Below are positions 38,637 to 49,313 of a stretch of 64,000 nucleotides of DNA, in pieces. Every line of letters begins with the position of its first letter. Within the stretch, counting starts at the first letter, position 1. Source of the DNA: an uncultured Trueperaceae bacterium (GTDB lineage: Bacteria; Deinococcota; Deinococci; Deinococcales; Trueperaceae). Below the pieces are notes generated by a model. The model ran no database searches. It was given only the letters and a program-made list of their open reading frames with translations, and was not told the DNA's origin. Where the stretch lies: positions 96,001-160,000 of the forward strand of contig CAWCXJ010000006.1 in assembly GCA_963799485.1 (NCBI GenBank), written 5' to 3'. The position numbers and the translations under genes are program-made.

Positions 38637-40019
38637 TCAGACCGTTTTCGGTTCAAATTCACTCCCCGCCGCATACGCCTGCATCGGCACCTCGTCCGCT
38701 TTCCACGCCGCTAAAATCGGGGTCATGATGCGCCACGCTTCTTCGGCTTCGTCGGCGCGAATCGACAAGGTGTTATCGCCCTCCAGAATGTCCAGGAGCA
38801 AGCGGGCATACGCGCCCATCTCTTGCGGGGCCAGCTTCAGGTCGAGTTCGGCAGGTTCCAGGTGAAACGGGTCGCCCGCGCCGTTTAGGTTGAGGTCCAA
38901 ACTCAGCTCGTCGGGCCGAAAATGGACGCGCAGAACGTTGGGCCGGGGGTGCGAGTCGTGCCACAAGGTCAGCGCGGGTACCTTGCGGAAGGTGATCGCG
39001 GCCTCCTGACAGGTATCGCCGAGCGCTTTGCCCGAACGCAGCACAAAGGGTACGCTGCCCCAGCGCCAGGTATCGACGTAAAGCGTAATCTGCGCGAACG
39101 TCTCGGTGTTGCGTTCCGGTTTGACGCCCACTTCATCGATGTATGAAGGTACTTTACGGTCGCCGATGGTTCCAGCGGTGTAACGCGCCCGGACAGTCTG
39201 TTTTTTTACGTCGTTGGGTGAGAGGTCGCGGACGTTGCGCAAGACCTCGACCTTTTTGTCGCGCAAATCGCGGGCGCTGAGCGAGGCGGGCGGCTCCAAG
39301 GCAATCATGCACAGGATTTGCAACAGGTGGTTTTGCAGCATGTCGCGGAGCGCCCCGGCGCGGTCGTAGTAGCTCGCGCGGCCCTCGAGCGTCAGGGTCT
39401 CGTCCCAGATAATATCGACACGTTCGATGTGTTCACCCGTCCAGAGCGGTTCGAACAGCCGGTTGGCGAAGCGCAACCCCAATACGTTTTGCACGGTTTG
39501 TTTGCCTAAAAAGTGGTCGATTCTAAACACACAGTCCTCGGTGTAGGTTTCGCTTAAGAGGGCGTTGAGCCGTTTTGTGCCCTCGAGGTCGGTGCCGTGC
39601 GGCTTTTCGATGACGATGCGGCTGTCTTGCCCGACTCCGGCCTCGGCGATAGCTTTTACGGCAGGCTCAAAGATCGGTGCGGGCAGCGCCAGATACACCA
39701 CCAGCGGCCCCGCTTCGGGTTTGAGCGCCGTTTTAAGCGCCTCGGCGTCGGTTACGTCGGCCTGAACGTAGCTAAGCGTTTCGACCAGCTTATTCCGCAC
39801 CGCTTCAGGAATGGGGGCGGCAAATTCAGCGAGTGCGTCTTTGATGTGCTTGCGAAAGCTTTGGGTGGTGAGGGGCTCGAGCCCCACGCCCAAAACCGTA
39901 AACCCTTCCGGCAAACGACCGTCTTGCAGCAGGTTGGCGAGCGCGGGCAAGAGGAGTCTCGAGGTCAGGTCGCCCGCCGCGCCCAGAATGGCAAACTTGT
40001 CAAGCATCGGCCCGCTCAC
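38637..40019 (-). CDS. zwf: Glucose-6-phosphate 1-dehydrogenase
   Basis: GAAGDL, EKP.G, RIDHFLGK, RDMLQNHLLQ and TETF motifs. Confidence 0.95.
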   Translation of the reverse strand: MSGPMLDKFAILGAAGDLTSRLLLPALANLLQDGRLPEGFTVLGVGLEPLTTQSFRKHIKDALAEFAAPIPEAVRNKLVETLSYVQADVTDAEALKTALKPEAGPLVVYLALPAPIFEPAVKAIAEAGVGQDSRIVIEKPHGTDLEGTKRLNALLSETYTEDCVFRIDHFLGKQTVQNVLGLRFANRLFEPLWTGEHIERVDIIWDETLTLEGRASYYDRAGALRDMLQNHLLQILCMIALEPPASLSARDLRDKKVEVLRNVRDLSPNDVKKQTVRARYTAGTIGDRKVPSYIDEVGVKPERNTETFAQITLYVDTWRWGSVPFVLRSGKALGDTCQEAAITFRKVPALTLWHDSHPRPNVLRVHFRPDELSLDLNLNGAGDPFHLEPAELDLKLAPQEMGAYARLLLDILEGDNTLSIRADEAEEAWRIMTPILAAWKADEVPMQAYAAGSEFEPKTV

Positions 40020-41844
40020 TATATTCTCTTTTCCTCTTGACCAGATTCGTCGCGCTCGTAATGATGCCGATATGCGAAAACGCTTGCGGGAAATTGCCTA
40101 AAAACCGCCCGGTTTCAGGGTCGATCTCTTCAGACAAAAGTCCGAGATGGTTGACCCGGTTGCAAAGCGAGTCAAATAGCGCTTCAGCTTCTTCAAAACG
40201 TCCCTGTTCGGTCAGATTGTCGACGAGCCAGAACGACGGCAAGATAAACGCACCCTCGTCACCGTTAAGACCGTCCGGTGATTCGGCGGGCAGATAGCGG
40301 TATAAAAGCCCGTCACCGTGGGCACCTTTTGCGCCTAGATGCTTGGCGACGGCTTCGGTCGTCGCTTTCATCTTCGGATGGTTCGCGTCTATGACGCGGC
40401 GCAAGGGGAGCGCCAGCAAACTCGCGTCGATGCCCCCGCCCGGGCCGATATGTTCGGTGAGCGAGTTTCGCTCTTCGTCCCAAGCCTCATCTAAAATGGT
40501 CTGCCGAATCTTTGCGGCGTCGGCGCGCCAACCCTCAACGTCGCCGGGGAGGTGGTAGCGTTCGGCGAGTTTCGCCCCCCGGTCGAGCGCCACGTGAGAC
40601 ATCGCCACCGAATAGGTAAACTGCCGCCCTTTTGACCTCACCTCCCAGATGCCCTGGTCGGGCTCGCGCCACGCCACCCGGGCCCGCTCGATAAGTTTAC
40701 GGAGTTCGTCCCACAAGGGCGCGTCGATGGTGCCGCCGCCGAGTGCCCACAAGTAGGCGCAGTCGATAATCTCGCCGTAAACGTCGTGCTGCACCTGCTC
40801 GGCTGCGCCGTTGTACCAGCGTACCGGGCTCGAGTTGCGGTAGCCGCTCAGCTTTAGGTCGAGCTGTTCGGTCGGTGGCAGTTCGCCGTCAACCGTGTAG
40901 AGGATCTTCGGGCCGCCGTGACGCTCCAAATTGTCCAGCACCCAACCTAAAAACGCCCACGCTTCTTCGGTAATCCCGACCTGCCGCAGGGCGTAAACCG
41001 AAAACGCGGCGTCGCGCACCCAGGCGTAGCGGTAGTCCCAGTTGCGTCCGCCGCCGATTTTTTCCGGCAACGACGAAGTGGGCGCGGCGACGATAGCCCC
41101 CGTGCGGTTGTAATCCAAGAGTTGCAGGGTAATCGCTGAACGGCGTACCAGTTCGGCGTGTGGCCCGTCGTAGCTGAAACAAGTCAGCCAGCGCCGCCAC
41201 GAATCGACGGTACTTTTTAAGATTTTGTCCGGATGAATGGGTTGGTGGCGGTGCGGCGGGTGGCCCCAGGTGAGTTGCAGGTACATCTCTTCGCCTTCAG
41301 CGAGGGTGTACGCTGTGCTGAGACCAAAAAAGGGTCTCGAGGCCAGTAAGCTCAAGTCCAACTCGGGCCGCTGCGTAAGCTTGATAAGCAGTCCACCGCT
41401 CCGCCGCTCGGTTTCCGCGCCGCCCCGTGGCGTACAGCTCACCGTAAACGTGACCGTCCCTGAAACCACCTTGATGCAGCGGAGCAGTTCGCTCCGCTCG
41501 ACCGGTGTGCCCTCACTGAGGTCAGCCCCGGCACGGAGCGTGAGCGCGTCGGTGACGCGAATCACGCCACTCTCGCAGCGCATTTCGGTGACCAAAACAC
41601 CGCTGTCCTCGAGGTAGAACTGCCGCGACGCTGCGAGACCCTCCGGCGTTACCGAAAAAGCGCCGCCTTGGTCTTTATCCAGAACGCCGCAAAATACCGG
41701 TGGCGAATCGAAATGCGGGAGGCAGAGCCAGGGAATGCTGCCGTCACGCCCGACGAGGGCCGCCGTCGCCAGGTCGCCGATAAGACCAAAGTCTTCGATG
41801 GGGAGGTAGCCGTCCAGATAGGTCAGTGGGGCAAAAGTACTCAC
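40000..41844 (-). CDS. Glycoside hydrolase family 15 (trehalase/glucoamylase-like)
   Basis: AAPTSSLPE..GG.RNWDYRYAWVRD, GIWEVR, LLSEE and GNFPQAFSH motifs; start uncertain. Confidence 0.93.
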   Translation of the reverse strand: MSTFAPLTYLDGYLPIEDFGLIGDLATAALVGRDGSIPWLCLPHFDSPPVFCGVLDKDQGGAFSVTPEGLAASRQFYLEDSGVLVTEMRCESGVIRVTDALTLRAGADLSEGTPVERSELLRCIKVVSGTVTFTVSCTPRGGAETERRSGGLLIKLTQRPELDLSLLASRPFFGLSTAYTLAEGEEMYLQLTWGHPPHRHQPIHPDKILKSTVDSWRRWLTCFSYDGPHAELVRRSAITLQLLDYNRTGAIVAAPTSSLPEKIGGGRNWDYRYAWVRDAAFSVYALRQVGITEEAWAFLGWVLDNLERHGGPKILYTVDGELPPTEQLDLKLSGYRNSSPVRWYNGAAEQVQHDVYGEIIDCAYLWALGGGTIDAPLWDELRKLIERARVAWREPDQGIWEVRSKGRQFTYSVAMSHVALDRGAKLAERYHLPGDVEGWRADAAKIRQTILDEAWDEERNSLTEHIGPGGGIDASLLALPLRRVIDANHPKMKATTEAVAKHLGAKGAHGDGLLYRYLPAESPDGLNGDEGAFILPSFWLVDNLTEQGRFEEAEALFDSLCNRVNHLGLLSEEIDPETGRFLGNFPQAFSHIGIITSATNLVKRKREYSERADA

Positions 41845-41936
41845 ACCTTCATTTATACCTATTTCAGCGCTGACGTATGCACCCTTTTCTACAGTTCTCG
41901 CTGCGGCTAAAGGGGACAAGCGGCTCGTCCGGTCGG

Positions 41937-43541
41937 CTACTGCGGCATGTTGGGCGGGGTCCGAGGTTCTGCGCCAAACACCCTCACTGCGCCTGCGTCT
42001 GTACGGTCTGCGCTCGAGCCCGCCATCATCAGCCCCAGCTTTTCGGCGGTCGCCTCGGCTTGAGAGAGTTCACCCATCACCCGACCTTCAAACAACACGA
42101 TAATGCGGTCGGACAAACTCATCACCTCGTTGAGGTCGGCGGAAACCAGCAAGACTGCCAGCCCATCGTCGCGCGCCGCGACGATGCGTCCGTGAATAAA
42201 CTCGATTGCGCCGATATCGACCCCGCGCGTCGGTTGCGAGGCGACGAGCAGTTTCGGGTTCGACGACAGCTCGCGGGCGACGATGAGTTTTTGTGCGTTA
42301 CCGCCCGAATAGCTCAGCGCGCTCACTTCCGTCGAAGTCGGGCGCACATCAAAGTCGCGGATACAGCGCTCGGCGTGCGCTTCGATGGCGTTATCTTGCA
42401 AAAATCCGTAGCGGCTGAACGGCGCTTTGTACACGTCGCCTAAAACGCTGTTTAGGGCCGCGCTGTACTCCCCGACAAGGCCGCGTTCAAGGCGGTCTTC
42501 AGGGATGTGCGACATGCCCGCCTCGCGCACCTCGCGCGCACTCCGTCCCGCCAGGTCTTGCCCGTCCAAGCGGATGCTGCCCTCGTCTACCGGGCGCAGC
42601 CCGGTCAAGGTTTCGACGAGTTCGGACTGACCGTTGCCGTCGATTCCGGCAATCCCCAGGATTTCACCCGCGCGGAGTTCAAAAGAAATGTCGTTTAAGA
42701 GCGGTTTTTGCCTGCCCGCTTGCCGGAGGGTGACGTGCTGAACCGCGAGCCTCACCTCTCGCGGCTCCGCATGGGTTTTCTCCACGCTCAAAAGCACCTC
42801 GCGCCCGACCATCATGTTCGCTAACTCGCGCTGACTCGTCTCTTCGCGCGTCACCGTCCCAATCATCTTGCCGTCGCGCATCACGCTCATCCGGTCGCAG
42901 ATTTCGATGACTTCACCGAGTTTATGCGAGATAAAAATCACCGCGTTGCCCCTAGCGGCAAATTCGCGGACGAAAGCGAACAGGCCGCGCGTCTCTTGCG
43001 GCGTCAGCACAGCGGTCGGTTCATCCATGATGAGGATACGCGCCCCCCGGTACAGCGTTTTTAAGATTTCGACCTGTTGCTGCAACCCGACCGGCAGGTC
43101 TTCGATTTTGCTGTTCGGGTCGATGTCGAAACCGAACTGTTTGATGAGTTCTTGCGCTTTACGGCGCGCCTCACGGATGTTCAGGCTCGGGCCGGTGTGC
43201 GGTTCCGCACCTAAAATCAGGTTTTCGGTGACGCTTAGGGGCTCGATGAGCATAAAGTGCTGGTGCACCATCCCGATACCGAGGCCGAAGGCATCTTTGG
43301 CGCTGGCAATCGCTACGGGTTTACCGTCGATTAAGATTGCGCCTTCGTCGGGTTGTTGCACGCCGCCCAGAATTTTCATCAGGGTGGACTTGCCCGCGCC
43401 GTTCTCGCCGATCAGCGCGTGAACCTCGCCCCAGTTGACCTCGAGGTTGACATGGTCGTTGGCGAGTACCAGCGGAAACCGTTTGACGATAGCTTGCATG
43501 TGTACGGCGGGTGTGACGCTATTTTGGGTTGAGGCCGTCAT
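41937..43541 (-). CDS. ABC transporter ATP-binding protein, two-domain nucleoside/sugar type (NupA/YufO-like)
   Basis: [34 protein letters not shown] and QPTRGVD motifs. Confidence 0.93.
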   Translation of the reverse strand: MTASTQNSVTPAVHMQAIVKRFPLVLANDHVNLEVNWGEVHALIGENGAGKSTLMKILGGVQQPDEGAILIDGKPVAIASAKDAFGLGIGMVHQHFMLIEPLSVTENLILGAEPHTGPSLNIREARRKAQELIKQFGFDIDPNSKIEDLPVGLQQQVEILKTLYRGARILIMDEPTAVLTPQETRGLFAFVREFAARGNAVIFISHKLGEVIEICDRMSVMRDGKMIGTVTREETSQRELANMMVGREVLLSVEKTHAEPREVRLAVQHVTLRQAGRQKPLLNDISFELRAGEILGIAGIDGNGQSELVETLTGLRPVDEGSIRLDGQDLAGRSAREVREAGMSHIPEDRLERGLVGEYSAALNSVLGDVYKAPFSRYGFLQDNAIEAHAERCIRDFDVRPTSTEVSALSYSGGNAQKLIVARELSSNPKLLVASQPTRGVDIGAIEFIHGRIVAARDDGLAVLLVSADLNEVMSLSDRIIVLFEGRVMGELSQAEATAEKLGLMMAGSSADRTDAGAVRVFGAEPRTPPNMPQ

Positions 43542-43640
43542 GAGGTTTAGTGTAGCAGTCGGCGGCCTAGAGTGTGTTTGCTTTGGGGCTCGAGCCGGCT
43601 CTCACATCATCAAACCTGCCACTACGCAACTTCAAGCTTG

Positions 43641-43694
43641 ACCGTACTGTCGCAAACCCTCCATAATACCGTACTGTCCCAAACCCTCCATAAT
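43641..43694. repeat. 27-bp tandem duplication
   Basis: ACCGTACTGTC(G/C)CAAACCCTCCATAAT x2, one mismatch. Confidence 0.9.
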
Positions 43695-43978
43695 GAGGTG
43701 TTTTCCGTTAGGTGTAACCCGAAGGGGAGAGGCGTATGCACCAGGTCTTTACTCATTATTATGCTGGTGCCGGGTGCTGGTCAGCCGGCACCAGCGGCAC
43801 AAAATGCGCCCGCCGGAGGTCTCGGTTTACGGGGCTGCGGACTCGGCGCGAGTTTGGCGGCAGCTTTTCGGGCTTGACAAAGTGGGGTTGCGCCGTAGCA
43901 TGAGAAAAACTTAAGGGCGGCCTCAAGTGCTGTTTCATGCTGTCTCTGCTACGCTTAAGGTGAAGTGGGAGGTCGTTA

Positions 43979-44332
43979 GTGAAAACCAGGATTATTTTCC
44001 ATCATGTGCTGCAAGACGGGCTCGAGCTTGGTGGTGACGAAACGCACGCGGTGTCGCGGGTGCATTTCGACCTCGAGCAGGGCGAAGAGCACTATCCGGG
44101 GCTTTTTGTCGACCTTACGGAGCCGGTCAATACCCTTCACGAAGCGAGCGACGTTCAAGTCGGCGCGTTCGCGAGCCCGGTAAAGCTGAGCCGTAAAGCG
44201 TTTGAAGAGGCCGTTTGTACCTATTACCAGAGCCTGGTTCGCTCGGCAGGGTACGGCAAGCACCTCGCCAAAGACAAGGGTTTTCGTAGCCACGGCGACG
44301 TACTCGGGCGCGAGCAAGTCGTTGAACTCTAG
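43979..44332 (+). CDS. Hypothetical protein
   Basis: GGGAGG RBS; 117-aa globular-looking ORF. Confidence 0.6.
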   Translation: MKTRIIFHHVLQDGLELGGDETHAVSRVHFDLEQGEEHYPGLFVDLTEPVNTLHEASDVQVGAFASPVKLSRKAFEEAVCTYYQSLVRSAGYGKHLAKDKGFRSHGDVLGREQVVEL

Positions 44333-44640
44333 CTTGTTTGCGCTCTAGCTTGCTTGCGCTACGCACCGCGAAGAAGGTTCCAGCCTTTTAACGTAGCTTT
44401 AAGGTATAGCTGTATCAACTACCCGACTGGGATAGGCGCTTTTTCGTATTCAACGCTGATGCGTAGCGGCTTTTGGTCTTCTGGAAAAATGCGCCCGCTC
44501 GTATTCACCGTGCCCCCGTTGCCCTCAAACCTGCAAGCAAGCAGCGCCGGCGTGAGAATTGGCAACGCTGGAAGACTTTCTCGGCGTTGCCCTGGTCGGG
44601 TTCGTAAAACTGCCGGGCATGGGCGCGTCTCCTGCGCCGC

Positions 44641-46792
44641 TCAACCGTTCTTTTCGCCTGCTAACACACAGCGCAACACGCCGTAGTCGTAGCGCTCCCC
44701 CAAACGCTCGAAAAGCGGTTTGAGTTTGCCCTGTGCGTCCGCCGGCAGATTCCTGTAGGCAGCTTCGATCTCATAGACTTCCTTGGCCGACAAACCCGTC
44801 GCAACTGAAACGCCGATAGTACCCGCCGCGACCAGCGCAGCGCAGTGTTGCAACACGGTTCCGTGGGTCAACGACCGTTTTTCGGCAACTTCCGCAGGTG
44901 TCAAGCCTTGTTGAATGAGTTTGTGGGTCTCGCGGTACGTTTCACTCAGCTGCGAGGTTGGCTGTTCGGTTAGGACTTCTAAAAACTGCTTGCCGTAACG
45001 CTCGAGCTTCACCTCACCCACACCCGGTACACGCCGTAATTCGGCGAGTGAACGCGGTTTTAGTTCAGCCATTTTGACGAGCGTTTTGTTGTCGAAGACG
45101 ACGTAAGCCGGGACTTCTTGCTCTTTGGCTATCGTGGCGCGAAGTGACCTCAGCGCCTCGAAGAGTGACGCTTCACCGTCGCCCAAGGTCGCACCCGGAC
45201 TCGCCACCCGGCCTTTCGGGACAGTAACGGCTTTTTGCGGCGTCGGGTCTTGACGAAGCTGAACTTTTTCCTGCCCCTTCAAGACAGGCGTGCTGCGCGG
45301 TGAAAGTTTGAGCGTGCCGTACCCGTCCGGGTCGGTGGTGAGGTAACCGCCTGCGACGAGTTGCCGCATGACGCCGCGCCACGCGCGTTCGCTGCGTTCT
45401 TTGCCGATACCGTAAGTGCTCAAGGTTTGATGGTTTAGCGAATGAACCTTGGGCGTTTCTTTGCCTAGCAGCACGTCGATGACGTGACCTGCGCCGAAGC
45501 GCTGCCCGGTACGCACGACCGTCGAAAGCGCCTTTTGCGCGGCGACGGTGCCGTCCCAGGTCTCGACGGGCGAGAGGCAGGTGTCGCAATTACCGCACGG
45601 TTCCGGCAAGGTTTCACCAAAATACGCGAGCAAAACCTGACGGCGGCAGCGGGCCGATTCGCAGTAGCCCAAGAGCGCCTCGAGCTTCCCCGCTTCGATC
45701 CGTTTGACCGCCTCGGGCGCAGCCCCACCCGCCAGCATCCGCCGGAGCGACACGACATCTTCCAAACCATACGTCATAAAGGCGTCGGCGGCTTCCCCGT
45801 CACGGCCCGCCCGCCCGGTTTCCTGGTAGTAACTCTCCAAACTTTTGGGCAAATCCAGATGGGCCACAAAACGCACGTCGGGTTTGTCGATACCCATGCC
45901 GAAGGCAATCGTCGCAACCATGACCAGGCCGTCTTCACGCAGAAACCGCGCCTGATGCCGTTGCCGCACCGCCGCCGCGAGTCCTGCGTGATAGGGCAGC
46001 GCGTTGACGCCCTGCTTTCGTCAGCCAGCTTGCCGTTTCGTCTACACTGCGGCGCGACAAGCAGTAGACGATGCCTGCGTTACCCGCGTGTCCGGCACGG
46101 TAAAACGTCAGAAGTTGCTGTTTCGCGCCCCCTTTGGGCACGACCGTATAACGGATATTGGGCCGGTCGAACGACGAGACGAACTGTTGTGCGCGCCCCA
46201 AACTCAGCTTTTCTACCATCTCGCGCCGGGTGGCGTCGTCGGCGGTGGCGGTCAGGGCGATACGCGGGACCTTGGGAAAACGCTCAGCCAAGAGCGACAA
46301 GCCGATATATTCGGGCCGGAAGTCGTGACCCCACTGTGAGACGCAGTGCGCTTCGTCGATGGCAAAAAGGGCGATACGGCTGCGGGTCAAGAGGTCTAAA
46401 AAACGCGGCGTCAGCAGGCGTTCGGGGGCGACGTAAAGGAGGTCGATGTCACCTGAGAGCAAGTCGCGTTCAACTTGGGAGGCTTCTTGAAGGGTGAGGC
46501 TCGAGTTCAAAAAAGCCGCTTTGACCCCGAGCTGCAAGAGTGCGTCTACCTGGTCTTGCATCAAGGCAATCAGCGGCGACACGACGATCCCGACACCGGG
46601 ACGAAGGAGCGCCGGAATCTGGTAGCAGAGCGATTTGCCGCCGCCCGTCGGCATCAACACGAGCGCGTCGCCGCCACCGACAACCTGCTCGATAATGGCC
46701 CCCTGCGCCCCGCGAAAGTCGCCGTAGCCGAAGGTCTTTTGTAAAACAGCCCGTGCGCGGCTGTAACTGTCTGCGTGTGTATCTATCTGCAT
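44641..46792 (-). pseudogene. recQ: DNA helicase RecQ (helicase, RQC, one HRDC, C-terminal HTH-like domain) split by a +1 frameshift
   Basis: [38 protein letters not shown] and [12 protein letters not shown] motifs. One extra base near 46010-46018 breaks [15 protein letters not shown]; may be a sequencing error. Confidence 0.92.
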
Positions 46793-46928
46793 CTAAAAGG
46801 TCTCACCTTGGATACGGCTCGGTTTGCCGGTGCGGGCCATACTATAGTGATGACAAGCGGCGATGATGACAAGCGGCGCAAAGAGAGCAAGCAGCAAAAA
46901 CCTCGGCATCAGACGAACAGTCTACCGC

Positions 46929-47951
46929 TTACCCTGCGGCCTTCACCGCCTGCCGCCCGACCCACGCGACCGAAGACGGCAAGACAATCCGCTCGGCGGG
47001 AGTTTCGGAGCCTTCCATCCGGCTTAGCAACAACTCCGCCGCCTTTTTGCCGATGTCGTACGCCGGTTGGATGACGCTCAGCATTTCGGGGGCGCTGGGA
47101 AACCACTCGAGCGCGTCGAACGAGGCCAGTGCGACATCTTCCGGAATCCGCAGGTCATGCTCGAAAAGGTAGCGCAGCACGCTCAGGGTCAGCAGTTTCG
47201 AGCCGGTAAAAAGCGCGGTCGGCGGTTTTACGCTTTGCATCACGGTCTCGGCGAGCCGGTAGCCTTCAGCCTCGACGGGTTTACCGAACACCGCCAGCTC
47301 AGGATGAAACGGCAATCCTGCGTCTGCCAGCGCCTGTTTGTACCCCGTAAACCGTTGCCGTCCGGTAGGAATCGACAAATCCGACAAGACGGCCCCGATA
47401 CGCGTGTGTCCCCCTGCAATAAGCTGCGCTACGGCCCGCCGCGAGGCTTCCTGGTTGTCCGACACGACCGTATCGACCGCCAGTCCGGTCACTTCACGGT
47501 CGATAATCGTCAGCGGGATTCCGGCGTCCAGAAACGTGCGGTACGCCTCGGCATCGGTTTGCGCCGGGGTCAAGATGACGCCCGCGACCTGTTCGTCTAA
47601 AAACAGCTCGAGGTAACGCATTTCGCGCTCACTGTTTTCGTCGGTGTTGCACAAAAAAACCACGAAACCGTGCGGCAACACCGCGTCTTCGACGGCGCGC
47701 ACAATCTGGTTAAAAAAAGGGTTTTGAATGTCGGAGACGACCAGCCCGATAAACCGCGAACGCTGCGTCCGCAGGGAACGGGCGATACGGTTGGGGCGGT
47801 AGTGAAGGCTCTGGGCCGCCGCGAGTACCCGCGCCCTGACCGCCGCGCTGACGTGCGGTTTCCCGGCCAAGACCCGCGACACCGTAGCCGACGAAACGCC
47901 CGCCCGCTTTGCCACATCGCCGATCCGACTGACTCCCTCTGTTTTTGCCAT
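46929..47951 (-). CDS. LacI family transcriptional regulator
   Basis: I.DVAKRAGVS.ATVSRV, Y.PN..ARSL and IPEDVALASFD motifs. Confidence 0.95.
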   Translation of the reverse strand: MAKTEGVSRIGDVAKRAGVSSATVSRVLAGKPHVSAAVRARVLAAAQSLHYRPNRIARSLRTQRSRFIGLVVSDIQNPFFNQIVRAVEDAVLPHGFVVFLCNTDENSEREMRYLELFLDEQVAGVILTPAQTDAEAYRTFLDAGIPLTIIDREVTGLAVDTVVSDNQEASRRAVAQLIAGGHTRIGAVLSDLSIPTGRQRFTGYKQALADAGLPFHPELAVFGKPVEAEGYRLAETVMQSVKPPTALFTGSKLLTLSVLRYLFEHDLRIPEDVALASFDALEWFPSAPEMLSVIQPAYDIGKKAAELLLSRMEGSETPAERIVLPSSVAWVGRQAVKAAG

Positions 47952-47961
47952 CTGCCCTGAC

Positions 47962-47975
47962 TGTAATCGATTTTA
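47962..47975. promoter_or_regulatory. LacI-family operator 1 (TGTAATCGATTTTA)
   Basis: Near-palindrome with a central CG; one mismatch from the reverse complement of operator 2. Confidence 0.75.
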
Positions 47976-47991
47976 GCCGCTACCGCCAGGG

Positions 47992-48020
47992 TTGACAAAC
48001 CTATCCCTTTAGGCTAGGCT
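47992..48020 (+). promoter_or_regulatory. Sigma70-type promoter of the sugar ABC operon
   Basis: TTGACA-17 bp-TAGGCT. Confidence 0.75.
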
Positions 48021-48031
48021 CTGATAGGAAC

Positions 48032-48045
48032 TGAAATCGATTACA
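48032..48045. promoter_or_regulatory. LacI-family operator 2 (TGAAATCGATTACA)
   Basis: TGwAATCGATTwCA palindrome just downstream of the predicted -10. Confidence 0.8.
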
Positions 48046-48174
48046 TAACCGCAGGAGGTTGAACGCGGCGCAGGTGTGTGCTGCACCCGAGTAGACACAG
48101 GCTGACGTCGGCCTCGAAAAGACGTGTATCTACGCGTGTCTCTAGATACGCAGCGCAACCAAGGAGATTACTGG

Positions 48175-49176
48175 ATGAACGCCAAACTCGCCGCCGCCAC
48201 GCTGTTGCTGGGTGCTTCGCTCGTTACGGGCAGTGCAGTAGCCCAAGATGAACCCATCGTCGGGCTGATTACCAAAACCGAAACCAACCCGTTTTTCGTC
48301 AAGATGCGCGAGGGCGCGCAGGCCAAAGCCGACGAGCTGGGCTTGCAGCTGCTGACTGCAGCAGGTAGTTTCGACGGTGACAACGAAGCGCAGGTCACGG
48401 CGATTGAAAACATGGTCAACGCCGGAGCCGCCGGGATTTTGCTGGTACCGAGCGACTCGAGCGCCATCGTCCCGTCGGTGCAGCGTGCCCGCGACCAGGG
48501 CGTGATTGTGATCGCCTTAGACACCCCGCTCAACCCGCAAGACGCCAGCGACGCGCTTTTCGCCACCGACAACTTCGAGGCCGGAAGACTCATCGGCGAG
48601 TACGCAGCGGCAGTGATGGGCGACACCGAACCGGTGATTGCTACGCTCGACCTGAACCCCGGGATTACCGTCGGAACCCTGCGGCATAACGGCTTTTTGG
48701 CAGGTTACGGCCTCACCGACGTGACCGCCGACTCGTCCGATCAGGTCAATACCGCCGAAGTCGTCTGCAGCCAGGATACGCAGGGCGACCAGACCAAAGG
48801 CCAGACCGCGATGGAAAACTGCCTGACGTCCAACCCGGACATCAACCTGGTCTACACCATCAACGAACCCGCTGCGTTCGGCGCAGCGACCGCAATTCGT
48901 AACGCCGGACTTGCCGACCAGATTACGGTCGTTTCGGTTGACGGCGGCTGCGCCGGGGTTCGTGGTGTCGAGGTCGGACAGATTGCCGCAACGTCGCAGC
49001 AGTACCCGCTTGAGATGGCCTCTTTGGGTGTTGAAGCTGTGGCTGAATATATCCAGACCGGTACCGCACCTTCAGGCTACACCGACACCGGTGTTACGCT
49101 GATTACCGACAACCCTGTTGACGGTGTTGACAGCGAAGATACCGCGTTCGGCCTCGAGAACTGCTGGGGCGAATAG
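48175..49176 (+). CDS. Sugar ABC substrate-binding protein (fructose/FrcB-like)
   Basis: Signal peptide; GLITKTETNPFFVKM, ATDN, INEPAA.G, DGGC.G and QQYP motifs; AAGGAG RBS before ATG 48175. Confidence 0.9.
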   Translation: MNAKLAAATLLLGASLVTGSAVAQDEPIVGLITKTETNPFFVKMREGAQAKADELGLQLLTAAGSFDGDNEAQVTAIENMVNAGAAGILLVPSDSSAIVPSVQRARDQGVIVIALDTPLNPQDASDALFATDNFEAGRLIGEYAAAVMGDTEPVIATLDLNPGITVGTLRHNGFLAGYGLTDVTADSSDQVNTAEVVCSQDTQGDQTKGQTAMENCLTSNPDINLVYTINEPAAFGAATAIRNAGLADQITVVSVDGGCAGVRGVEVGQIAATSQQYPLEMASLGVEAVAEYIQTGTAPSGYTDTGVTLITDNPVDGVDSEDTAFGLENCWGE

Positions 49177-49250
49177 ATTATAGGTTCGACCGCGCAGACT
49201 CAAGGTGCTGTGAGGTTTGGGCACATGCTTTAGATACAGCAGTTTAGAGC

Positions 49251-49281
49251 CGGTGCAGCGGAAGTCACTTCCGCTGCACCG
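49251..49281. other. Intercistronic stem-loop (likely stabilises the SBP mRNA or attenuates read-through)
   Basis: CGGTGCAGCGGAAGT-C-ACTTCCGCTGCACCG perfect 15-bp inverted repeat. Confidence 0.75.
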
Positions 49282-49313
49282 CTTGTCAGCTTTTACCCGT
49301 CTCGAGGAGGAAT

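Noticed and set aside
44419..44620. Small lipoprotein downstream of recQ (ALLAC motif)
   Set aside because: Needs a frameshift to join the RBS/ATG to the lipobox frame; too short to support.
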